A stretch of DNA of 64,000 bases from Gemmatimonadota bacterium. GTDB lineage: Bacteria; Gemmatimonadota; Gemmatimonadetes; Gemmatimonadales; GWC2-71-9. The notes under the pieces are model-generated. The model saw only the letters and a program-made list of their open reading frames with translations, made no database searches and was not told the origin of the DNA. Where the stretch lies: the NCBI GenBank assembly GCA_025357945.1, contig JANYLJ010000056.1, positions 60,646 to 124,645 on the forward strand. The letters are read 5' to 3'. Position numbers and translations under genes: made by a program. Below, in pieces: positions 55,801 to 62,329 of the stretch (position 1 is the first letter of the stretch; the number at the start of each line of letters is the position of its first letter).

Positions 55801-56951
55801 GCCATCGAAGTGCCCGACTTGTACCCGTAGGTGCCGCCGGGAAGCGTGCTTTCGATGTTCTCGCCCGGTGCGGCGATCGCGATCTCGGGGCCGATGGCGG
55901 AGAAGCCTGACCGCGTATTCGACGCCGTCAGCGACGCGACCGCGATGGCGGAAGGGAAGGCCGCGGGGAACTCGACCGGACCGCCGCTGTTGTTGCCCGC
56001 CGCTGCCACGAAGAAGGTGCCGCGCGCCGCCGCCTGATCGACCGCAATCTGGTAGGTGTACGACCAGCTCCCGCCCAGGCTGGCGTTGATCACCCGGATG
56101 CCGTTGTTCGCCGCCCAGTTCACCGCCGCGATCTGGGTCGAGATCCAGGCGCCGCAGCCGCCGCTGAGATCCTCGAACACCTTGATCGCATAAATCGCTG
56201 CTTCGGGCGCCACGCCCACGACGCCGAAACTGTTGTCGCGGCCGGCGATCGTGCCGGCAACGTGGGTACCGTGACCGTTGCACGACGGAATGTCATCGGT
56301 CCAGTCGCCCGGGTTGGTGCCACCAGTCACGGCGTTGTAACCGCCGGCGTAGCCGAGGTCGGGATGACCCGGATCGCCGCCGGAATCCATGACGCCGACC
56401 TTGACGCCGGTGCCGCGGAACCCTTGCGCCCAGGCTCCCGGAGCGGTGATCTGACTGATCCCCCACGGCAGGTCCTGGCTGCGGTACCGCAAGCCTCCCG
56501 AACCAACGGCATCCGCCGCGGTGGTCCGCGGGTACGCGTGGTGATCAGCCCGAGTGGATTGGAGGTAAACCACATGGTCCGCTTCCATCATGAGCACGTT
56601 GGCATCGGCGTTAAGTGCCGCGAGGCGAGCCGGGTCGACGCGGGCGAAGAGCGCGCCGATCATCGGCGCCATCTGGCTGACCGAGATTCCCGGTGAACTT
56701 TCGAGCCGATTCTTGACCTGATTCAACTCGATGTCGCTCAGCGGGTTGGCACCGGGCGCCAACAATCGCGCCTGGACGTTCGCCGACTTGAGCAGGATGA
56801 TTACCCGGCCGCCAGCGGCGTTGACGGAATCGGCCAATCGGGCCAACAGCTGGGGCGACCGCGCCTGCGCCGTCGCCCGTGCGGGCATGCCACAAACGGG
56901 CGCGCCGATCAACAGCGCCAATCCAAACCGGGTAGTCCACCGCATCAGCAT
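52836..56951 (-). CDS. Secreted S8 (subtilisin-like) serine protease with seven tandem ~106-aa repeats and a dockerin/EF-hand-like C-terminal motif
   Basis: Part of ORF 52836..57071. ATG at 56951 gives the signal peptide MLMRWTTRFGLALLIGAPVCGMPARATAQA. Catalytic triad motifs: VGVMDSGGD, NGHGTHVAGT and SGTSMATPHVTG. The repeats are described in the next feature. The C-terminus contains LDVQGNGNGKYDIGDFLAWVDR. Confidence 0.9.
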   Translation of the reverse strand: MLMRWTTRFGLALLIGAPVCGMPARATAQARSPQLLARLADSVNAAGGRVIILLKSANVQARLLAPGANPLSDIELNQVKNRLESSPGISVSQMAPMIGALFARVDPARLAALNADANVLMMEADHVVYLQSTRADHHAYPRTTAADAVGSGGLRYRSQDLPWGISQITAPGAWAQGFRGTGVKVGVMDSGGDPGHPDLGYAGGYNAVTGGTNPGDWTDDIPSCNGHGTHVAGTIAGRDNSFGVVGVAPEAAIYAIKVFEDLSGGCGAWISTQIAAVNWAANNGIRVINASLGGSWSYTYQIAVDQAAARGTFFVAAAGNNSGGPVEFPAAFPSAIAVASLTASNTRSGFSAIGPEIAIAAPGENIESTLPGGTYGYKSGTSMATPHVTGTVALLVQQNPNITLAGVRAALQNGALDIDAPGYDQNTGWGLVRALNSLQGGGSPPLTLSLSAVSRNVSVTLGGTAPTDAAGVTLSGTGAATTAWSATKKKSWTTLTIASGTGSGTVSWSRSASGLGVGVYVDTITVTAPGAASGSPAAIYDTLRITAAAVPVVLAVSPASRNVAVTQGTNAPSDNAAVTLTGTNAASTGWTATRKQSWTTLTTASGTGSGTVAWSRAAAGLGIGVYVDTITVNAPGAATGSPAVIYDTMRVTAGAVPIVLVLSPGSRNVSVLQGGSAPSDNATVTLTGTNAGSTTWTAINHKAWNTFTVASGTGSGTIAWNRNVAGLTAGTYVDTIRVIAPGAASGSPATLYDTVRITAAAVPLVLAVSPTSRNVAVMQGTNAPSDNAAVTLTGTNAASTAWSASRKKSWTTLTTASGTGSGTVAWSRAAAGLGVGVYVDTITVTAPGAANGSPAVIYDTLQVTSAAGPVVLAVSPAARSVVVQQGSPAPGDNATVTLTGTNAASIGWNASKRKSWTTLTMASGSGSGTVAWTRAAAGMAAGVYVDTITVTAPGAANGSPAVIYDTLRITAAPVPVVVAVSPASRNVVVQQGGSAPGDNGTVTLTGTNAGSTAWSVTRRQGWNTPSTSSGTGNGAFAWNRSANGLGVGTYVDTFTVTTSNGSSATLVDTLRITAAPVPVVLAVSPSSRNVAVVQGSNVGGDNAAVVLSGTNAAATPWTAANRKNWNVLGTSNGTGSGTVTWTRNVSSLAVGTWVDTITVTAPGAAGGSPATVYDTVRVTARQVVIGMHPGSRRTRIFAVGRGSSIVSPTIDSAIVQLDGGAAPSDMWSASTTASRLRILTAQGLVGSPLVWQRAAITLPVGLYIDTVQVQLQRDASIRGIYVDTLEVVSVSLPDPTAAVEDLFHANVLTDDQRTVLDVQGNGNGKYDIGDFLAWVDRAQIRLTAALTGRLQQLMLNAPPKATPPAGTGHVP
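53391..55616 (-). repeat. Seven tandem coding repeats, ~318-bp period (BACON/Ig-like units), plus a degenerate eighth copy to ~53080
   Basis: Consensus unit: LAVSPxSRNVxVxQGxxAPxDNAxVTLTGTNAxSTxWxAxxxKSWTTLTxASGTGSGTVAWSRAAAGLGVGVYVDTITVTAPGAAxGSPAVIYDTLRITAAxVPVV. Antisense track ORFs start at 55378, 55060 and 54424, spaced by 318 and 636 nt, which confirms the period. Confidence 0.85.
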
Positions 56952-57031
56952 GCTTTTGAGACTCCTGTCCACGACAGCGAGACCGAGAAAGATCGGGCGG
57001 CGCTTCGCCGAGCCGCTACTGTCAAGATTGT

Positions 57032-57048
57032 ATGCACATCGCTTGCCA
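57032..57048 (-). promoter_or_regulatory. Sigma-54 -24/-12 promoter candidate for the S8 protease gene
   Basis: The reverse strand reads TGGCAAGCGATGTGCAT, with GG and GC in the correct 12-nt register. About 80 nt upstream of ATG 56951. Confidence 0.45.
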
Positions 57049-57407
57049 ACCATAAATCGCCGTGAAAACACTGATGGCGCGACCGTATTGTCCGGCGATA
57101 TGGCGGTTCAGGCCTGATAGTATCGTCAAATAAATGGACAAGCATAGAGCGACCAGAGAAGCATCCGGGGCGGAACGCCGCCACCGCGAATGGTGCACCG
57201 CCTCAACAGCAGGGCGTTGGCTCCTGGCCAGTCGCACGCGTCGCGGCCACGCAACAGATTGTTGTTGCGGCCGCACCATAAAGCGTCCGAACTAGCCGAG
57301 CGCTGACTGATGCGAATGGCTGATCTTCTGAGCGTAACAAATTGTCACGCAATGAGTTAGCGTTTGTGAAATCACTGGTACCGGGCCGCATGGCGGTCGG
57401 ATTCTGA

Positions 57408-57422
57408 TGGCATGCCGTGTGC
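57408..57422 (+). promoter_or_regulatory. Sigma-54 -24/-12 promoter candidate for the PEP-CTERM protein gene
   Basis: TGGCATGCCGTGTGC has the same TGGCA-N7-TGC layout as the protease and export-operon candidates. About 50 nt upstream of ATG 57473. Confidence 0.45.
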
Positions 57423-57472
57423 GTTCAACCGGGCCGTAAGCAATTGCAATCACCCCGAAAGTTGGAGCATTC

Positions 57473-58180
57473 ATGCTGCGCCGAATTGTCAGTAGCGTCG
57501 CCCTCGCAGCCGTCTTCGCGACCGGCGCGCAAGCTCAGAGTCCGTTCCTGGAAAACTTCACCTTCGTCTCGGCCGGCACCAGCGGGCAGCAGTTCAACGA
57601 CTACTTCGGCCGGTTCAACAACGCCGATGTTGCCAATCTTGGTGTCGCGTTCCCGACCGGGCCGACGACCCAGTTCCAGGTCTGGTGCGCCGACGAGGTC
57701 GATGGCGTCGCGGTGGGCGACACGTACAACGTGTGGGTCACGCCGTTGTCGGCCAGCGACTTCTCGAAGACCTACAAGCCCCTCGGCGCACCGACGAACT
57801 ACCGCAGGGCGGCCGGGTTGTCGACCCAGATGAGCGGTACCGCGATTAGCGCCGCCAACGACAACGTCCAGTACTCGATCTGGGACGTGTTGGGCTACAG
57901 CCGGCCGCCGACGCCGGAGCCCGGCTACAACTTTACCGACTACAACTCGACCACGGTCAATGCGGACGAGGCGATCGCCAACACGTTCCTCAACAACGTG
58001 AACCTCAATCAGTGGCTGGTCATCACAGCCACGACCAGGGACGGCCGCAAGCAGGAGTTGCTGTTCAACGACACGTCGCGTCCGTTCGAGACGCCGGTGC
58101 CGGAGCCGGGTACGATGGCGATGCTCGCGCTCGGACTGGTTGGCATGGCTGGCGCCGGATTCCGCCGTCGCCGGAAGTAG
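57473..58180 (+). CDS. PEP-CTERM sorting-domain secreted protein
   Basis: ORF 57473..58180. Signal peptide MLRRIVSSVALAAVFATGAQAQ. The C-terminus VPEPGTMAMLALGLVGMAGAGFRRRRK has a PEP motif, a TM helix and an Arg cluster. Confidence 0.9.
   Translation: MLRRIVSSVALAAVFATGAQAQSPFLENFTFVSAGTSGQQFNDYFGRFNNADVANLGVAFPTGPTTQFQVWCADEVDGVAVGDTYNVWVTPLSASDFSKTYKPLGAPTNYRRAAGLSTQMSGTAISAANDNVQYSIWDVLGYSRPPTPEPGYNFTDYNSTTVNADEAIANTFLNNVNLNQWLVITATTRDGRKQELLFNDTSRPFETPVPEPGTMAMLALGLVGMAGAGFRRRRK
58097..58177 (+). other. PEP-CTERM sorting signal (predicted exosortase recognition/cleavage region)
   Basis: The last 27 codons of the CDS encode VPEPGTMAMLALGLVGMAGAGFRRRRK. Confidence 0.85.
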
Positions 58181-58211
58181 TATTCGCGACCACAACTGAC
58201 GAGTCCGGCGA

Positions 58212-58250
58212 GCGGGCCTCGAAGTCATCTTCGAGGCCCGCTTCCGTTTC
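58212..58250 (+). terminator. Intrinsic terminator after the PEP-CTERM gene
   Basis: GCGGGCCTCGAAG-TCAT-CTTCGAGGCCCGC forms a perfect 13-bp stem, followed by TTCCGTTTC. Confidence 0.65.
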
Positions 58251-58278
58251 CCCCCTCCGCGATGGTTCTTTCCCGCCT

Positions 58279-59289
58279 GTGAGCGCTATCCCCTCCGAGC
58301 CACCGCGCCCGGATCCCACCGTGACCGTGGTGATCCCCATGCGCAACGAAGCCGGTTGCATCGCCAGTTGCATCGAGTCGATCCGCGCCAACGCGCTGCC
58401 CGCGGGCGTCACCATCGAAGTGCTGGTACTCGACGGCGACAGCACCGATGACTCCGCGGCGATGGTGGCGAACCTGGCCAAGCGGGATCCGCGGATCCGG
58501 TTGTTGCCCAACCCTGACCGGCTGCAGGCCGCCGCGTTCAACCGCGGGCTGGCCGTGGCACGCGGTCAGTACCTGATGCGCATGGACGCGCACTCATGGT
58601 ACGAACCGGACTACATCGCGGAGTGCCTGCGCTTGCTCGAGCACACCGGCGCCGGCAACGTCGGTGGGGTACAGCGGGCCGAGGGAACGTCATGGCTCAC
58701 TTGCGCGATAGCCGCCGCCGTGTCGTCGCGATTTGCCGCGGGCGACGCGCAGTATCGCAACGCGACGAAACCGGCGTTCACCGACACCGTGTATCTGGGG
58801 GCGTGGCGAACCGCGACGCTGCGCGAACTGGGAGGGATGCGGGCCGACTGGGCGGTAAACGAAGACTACGAGATGAACGTCAGGCTCCGGGCCGCGGGTG
58901 GCACGGTATACCTGTCACCCACGATCCGGTCGACCTACCGGGTTCGCAGTTCGTTGGCGAAGCTCGCGCGTCAGTATGCTCGCTATGGTTTCTGGAAGGT
59001 GCGCACGCTGCTCGAGCACCCGGGCTCGCTTCGCTGGCGGCAGCTGGTGGCGCCGGCTTTCGTGGTGTCGCTGGTGCTCACGCCCTGGCTGGTGTCCCGC
59101 TTCGGTGCCTGGGGCGCAACGCACCTGGCGCTCTACGCCATGGCGAACGTGTCGGCAAGCGTGGTCGTCGCCCGGCGTTCGCGCGTCGCGCTGTTACCGG
59201 CACTCCCGGTGGTGTTTCTCATCATTCACTGTAGTTGGGGGGCCGGATTTCTCGCCGGTGTGGCGTGGTGGCCGTTCCGTCGTGACTAG
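58279..59289 (+). CDS. Glycosyltransferase family 2
   Basis: Part of ORF 58012..59289. GTG at 58279 is the first in-frame start after the terminator. Contains TVTVVIPMRNEAGCI...VLVLDGDSTDDS...YLMRMDAHSWYEPDYI. C-terminal TM segments. Confidence 0.85.
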   Translation: MSAIPSEPPRPDPTVTVVIPMRNEAGCIASCIESIRANALPAGVTIEVLVLDGDSTDDSAAMVANLAKRDPRIRLLPNPDRLQAAAFNRGLAVARGQYLMRMDAHSWYEPDYIAECLRLLEHTGAGNVGGVQRAEGTSWLTCAIAAAVSSRFAAGDAQYRNATKPAFTDTVYLGAWRTATLRELGGMRADWAVNEDYEMNVRLRAAGGTVYLSPTIRSTYRVRSSLAKLARQYARYGFWKVRTLLEHPGSLRWRQLVAPAFVVSLVLTPWLVSRFGAWGATHLALYAMANVSASVVVARRSRVALLPALPVVFLIIHCSWGAGFLAGVAWWPFRRD

Positions 59290-59353
59290 GACCGCGCTGG
59301 TACGCATGCCGCGCGGCGTTCGGATGGCTGGCCGCGGACCGGCGTCTCCCGCC

Positions 59354-59767
59354 TCAGCGCACCAGCACGGCGCGGTAGCCGTCGAGCACCTGCAAGGCGT
59401 ACGTGCCACGCGCAGCGGCAGCGGCGACGGTCGCCCGATATTGTGACGTGTGCGACAGATCGGGTACGAAGATGCGGGCCACGTCGCCGTTGCCTACCAC
59501 GCCGGTCACCAGGAGATTGGCGCTGCCGGCATCGATGGCGGCGAACCCGTCGTAGCTGACAATCTTGACGCTGTCGATCGCCGGTCCGCTGACACTGAAC
59601 TGCACCGCACCGTCGTCGGTGCGCGGCGTGGACAGCTGCAGGGTGAGCCAGCCGCCGGTGGGACCCGGCGGCGGGGTGGTCGGCAAGTTTGCGCTCGAAC
59701 TGCACCCGGCGAGAGCGAACAGTACCAGCGGCACCAGCTTGCCGAACGTGTGGCCGATACGGTTCAT
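59354..59767 (-). CDS. Hypothetical lipoprotein
   Basis: Part of ORF 59354..59824. ATG at 59767 gives MNRIGHTFGKLVPLVLFALAGCSSS (lipobox LAGC). Confidence 0.65.
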   Translation of the reverse strand: MNRIGHTFGKLVPLVLFALAGCSSSANLPTTPPPGPTGGWLTLQLSTPRTDDGAVQFSVSGPAIDSVKIVSYDGFAAIDAGSANLLVTGVVGNGDVARIFVPDLSHTSQYRATVAAAAARGTYALQVLDGYRAVLVR

Positions 59768-60102
59768 GACGATGCCAACTCCCGACCCGGGTTGTTCCCG
59801 GCCAATGGCGAGCCGGGAGTTCACGCTGGCGGCTGGGCGGGCGTGGCACTCGATCGGCTGAGTGCGGTAGCTCCCTGGCTCTGCGAACCCGGATTTCCCC
59901 GGGGGTGCTCTGGGCAGCGTCTAGCTGTTCTGCCGGGAGAGTATCGTCACATACCTGTCAAATTGTAGTGGATTCGAACCGGCCTTTTGCCTGCTTACAA
60001 ATTATCGCCAAGTCTATTGATATATATGAACTTACACAACACCAAATGAGATGATCAGTGGCATCAGAACGCGCTAACTGTATATTTATTGATCGGTTTA
60101 TC

Positions 60103-61347
60103 ATGGCTCAACGCCAGTTCTGGTGGACCCTCGCCGCTGGGTGGCTGATGGTGATCCTCTGGCTCACCTTGCGCTCGGCGCCGGACCAGGCGGCCCGCGT
60201 GATGGAATTGCCGTGGTACTGCGTGTTGTGCGGCGAAGCCGGCGTCGCCGACATCATCCTCAACCTGCTGCTGTTCGCACCCCTGGGTGTCGCTGCGGCC
60301 GCCTTGCAACTGCCGCGCTGGCGCGCCTTCGCATTCGCGGTCGCGTTGACCGTCGCAATCGAGACGATCCAGGCGAAGTTTCTCGTTGGCCGAGACGGAT
60401 CGCTCGGCGACGTGTTCGCCAATTCAGGTGGTGCGGTGCTGGGTTGGCTCCTCTACCCCGGCCTGAGGCAGCTCGGTCGTCCATCGCCCGCGGTTGCACG
60501 CGCTGGTGTGGCTGTGGTGCTCTGCCTCAGTACCGCGACGTGGTTCGCGACGGGGATCGGCCTCCAGCCCGCGCTCAGCACGGCGGTGCCGTGGGTCGGC
60601 CAGTTGCAGCACCAGTGGCCCGGGCACGACGCCTTTCCGGGAACCATCAACGCGGCGGCAATCAATGGCGTTGCGGTCCCCAACGATCCGCTCGACCGGC
60701 CCGCGTCGCTTGGGAAATCGGTCGACCTTCACGTGATGCTGACCCGTACGCTGCCGCTGCCGGCACGCCGGACGTCGCTGGTGCGAATTGTCGATGGGCT
60801 CGGCCACCCGCAAATCTCCCTGGCCGAGTCAGGGGCTGACCTCATCGCGGAGTTGCAGTTGCGGGCGAGTCGCTGGGGTTTTCACACGCCCGAGTGGGCG
60901 TTTCGCGGCGCCATGGCGGTGCCGGCGGGCAAGCGATGGCAGGTCGACGTGCGCTGGACCAGCGACCGGGTCACCATGACCACGGCGGCCGAAGGCGGTG
61001 CGAACGTAATCGCGCGCACGCACCCGTTGTCGATCGCGCTTGGCTGGGTGTTCATCCACCCGTTCGTCCGAGTGGTGGCATCGAGCGGCCGCTTCTGGAA
61101 CTGTGTCTGGCTCGGCTGCTGGTTCGGATTGGTGGGATGGCTCGCCGGAGCGCTGAACTGGCGGGCCGTTGCGACGGCAGCCGCGTTGCAGCTGGCGACC
61201 CTGCTCCTCGCGGCTCTGCTTACGAGTGCGCCATGGCACGTTGATGAACTGATGGTGGCGCTCGCGGTAGCCGCGGTGGTCGCGGCGGCGGCCCGGCGAC
61301 TCGCCGCCAGGCCGCCGCCGGGCCCCGTCCCGCTCAATTCAGGATGA
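60103..61347 (+). CDS. VanZ-like membrane protein with large C-terminal extension
   Basis: Part of ORF 60058..61347. ATG at 60103 gives MAQRQFWWTLAAGWLMVILWLTL...DIILNLLLFAPLG...IETIQAKFLVGRDGSLGDVFANSGGAVLG (VanZ core). About 280 further aa follow, ending in two TM segments. Confidence 0.7.
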   Translation: MAQRQFWWTLAAGWLMVILWLTLRSAPDQAARVMELPWYCVLCGEAGVADIILNLLLFAPLGVAAAALQLPRWRAFAFAVALTVAIETIQAKFLVGRDGSLGDVFANSGGAVLGWLLYPGLRQLGRPSPAVARAGVAVVLCLSTATWFATGIGLQPALSTAVPWVGQLQHQWPGHDAFPGTINAAAINGVAVPNDPLDRPASLGKSVDLHVMLTRTLPLPARRTSLVRIVDGLGHPQISLAESGADLIAELQLRASRWGFHTPEWAFRGAMAVPAGKRWQVDVRWTSDRVTMTTAAEGGANVIARTHPLSIALGWVFIHPFVRVVASSGRFWNCVWLGCWFGLVGWLAGALNWRAVATAAALQLATLLLAALLTSAPWHVDELMVALAVAAVVAAAARRLAARPPPGPVPLNSG

Positions 61348-62329
61348 TGTCCAGCGGACCGCGCGGCTTGACGACCCAGGTGCCGTCGCCCTGAGGCACC
61401 AGCACGCCGCGGAACGTTCCGGTGCGCCCCGGCGGAAACAGGGTGCGCGGGGCACCGAGCAATTGATCAACCAATACATTCACCGTCACACCCGGCGTCG
61501 CCGGATCGGCGACCTTGACGATGAAGTCGGGGCTGGCTGCCACGGTGTCACGAATGACAACGTTGCTGAGCTGGACGAGCGTGGCATCGAGCGCGCCCTC
61601 CTTGGCATTCAGCGCTTCCGCCACGGTCACGATCCGCGGCAGCGGAGCGAGGCCAACACCGTAGGTCAGGAACAACCCGTCGCGAAGAACCGCCTGCCCG
61701 GACTGCTGGCCGGTGGTGCCGAGCACGAGCACGGAGTCGCCGATATTGTTGCCATTGCCGCCGAACCGCGGCCGGGCACCGGTGATGCGAAGGGTACCGC
61801 TGGTGTCGACCAGGAACGCGCTGGAATCCCTGAAGTCCTGCAGCGGTGCGACCACCTTGCCACGCACCAGCACGCGCCGGCCGGCCGGCAGCCGGCGCGC
61901 CGCGGCGAGCGACACCTCGGTGTAGCCGAGCCGGACGACCCGGCTGCTCTGGATCGAATCGATCCGGCTCAACAGCCGGACCACGCCGGTGTCACCGGCG
62001 ACGACGCCCACCGAATCGGCCAGCGCATGGCGGTCGATCACCAGTCGGTAGCTGCCGATCGGCACCGAGTCGAACACGGCCAGGCCCGAGGCGTTGGTGA
62101 TTGCGATCCGGAGCGTGTCCGTCCCGCTGCGCGCGAGCAAGGCGACGCGAACACCCGACACGACGGTATCGAGAGGCGTGAGCGTAAGCGAACCGTCGCG
62201 GTCGAAGTAGACACCCACGCCGATCGCACCGGCGGCGAGCGACGGCAGCGTCAGCCGTTCGCCGGCGTTGGTGCAGGCGGCGGCGAGGAACGCCAGCAGG
62301 AGCGGATATCTGGCAGCGCGCATTACCAT
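61334..62329 (-). CDS. Hypothetical lipoprotein with carboxypeptidase-regulatory-like domain
   Basis: ORF 61334..62329. MVMRAARYPLLLAFLAAACTNAG is lipobox-like. VRVALLARSGTDTLRIAITNASGLAVFDSVPIGSYRLVI resembles a CarbopepD_reg-like fold. The start overlaps the TBDR stop. Confidence 0.65.
   Translation of the reverse strand: MVMRAARYPLLLAFLAAACTNAGERLTLPSLAAGAIGVGVYFDRDGSLTLTPLDTVVSGVRVALLARSGTDTLRIAITNASGLAVFDSVPIGSYRLVIDRHALADSVGVVAGDTGVVRLLSRIDSIQSSRVVRLGYTEVSLAAARRLPAGRRVLVRGKVVAPLQDFRDSSAFLVDTSGTLRITGARPRFGGNGNNIGDSVLVLGTTGQQSGQAVLRDGLFLTYGVGLAPLPRIVTVAEALNAKEGALDATLVQLSNVVIRDTVAASPDFIVKVADPATPGVTVNVLVDQLLGAPRTLFPPGRTGTFRGVLVPQGDGTWVVKPRGPLDIILN

Noticed and set aside
57116-57147. A 32-nt block similar to 59937..59968, with a shared AGTATCGTCA core and 22/32 identities. 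Both sit about 170 nt upstream of minus-strand gene starts. A GTGAAAWCACTG direct repeat at 57062 and 57366 was also noticed.
   Set aside because: A back-of-envelope count shows that matches of this quality are expected by chance among the pairwise comparisons possible, even within the intergenic DNA of this window. The equal spacing is suggestive but not sufficient.
59844-59858. A fifth sigma-54 candidate, TGGCACTCGATCGGC, on the plus strand.
   Set aside because: It has a perfect -24 element but a poor -12 element (CGGC rather than TTGC). It lies 260 nt from the next plus-strand start, inside the upstream region of a minus-strand gene. It is too weak to call without data.
59962-59985. tRNA gene on the minus strand, suggested by GGTTCGAATCC.
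   Set aside because: The flanking bases (GCCGG / CCACT) do not form a T-stem. No acceptor stem or anticodon arm could be built by hand. At best it is a fragment.
59990-60100. Replication origin or DnaA boxes in the AT-rich island (TTATCGCCA, AGTGGATTC).
   Set aside because: The best matches to TTATCCACA have two or more mismatches, there is no cluster of boxes, and no dnaA, dnaN or gidA context.
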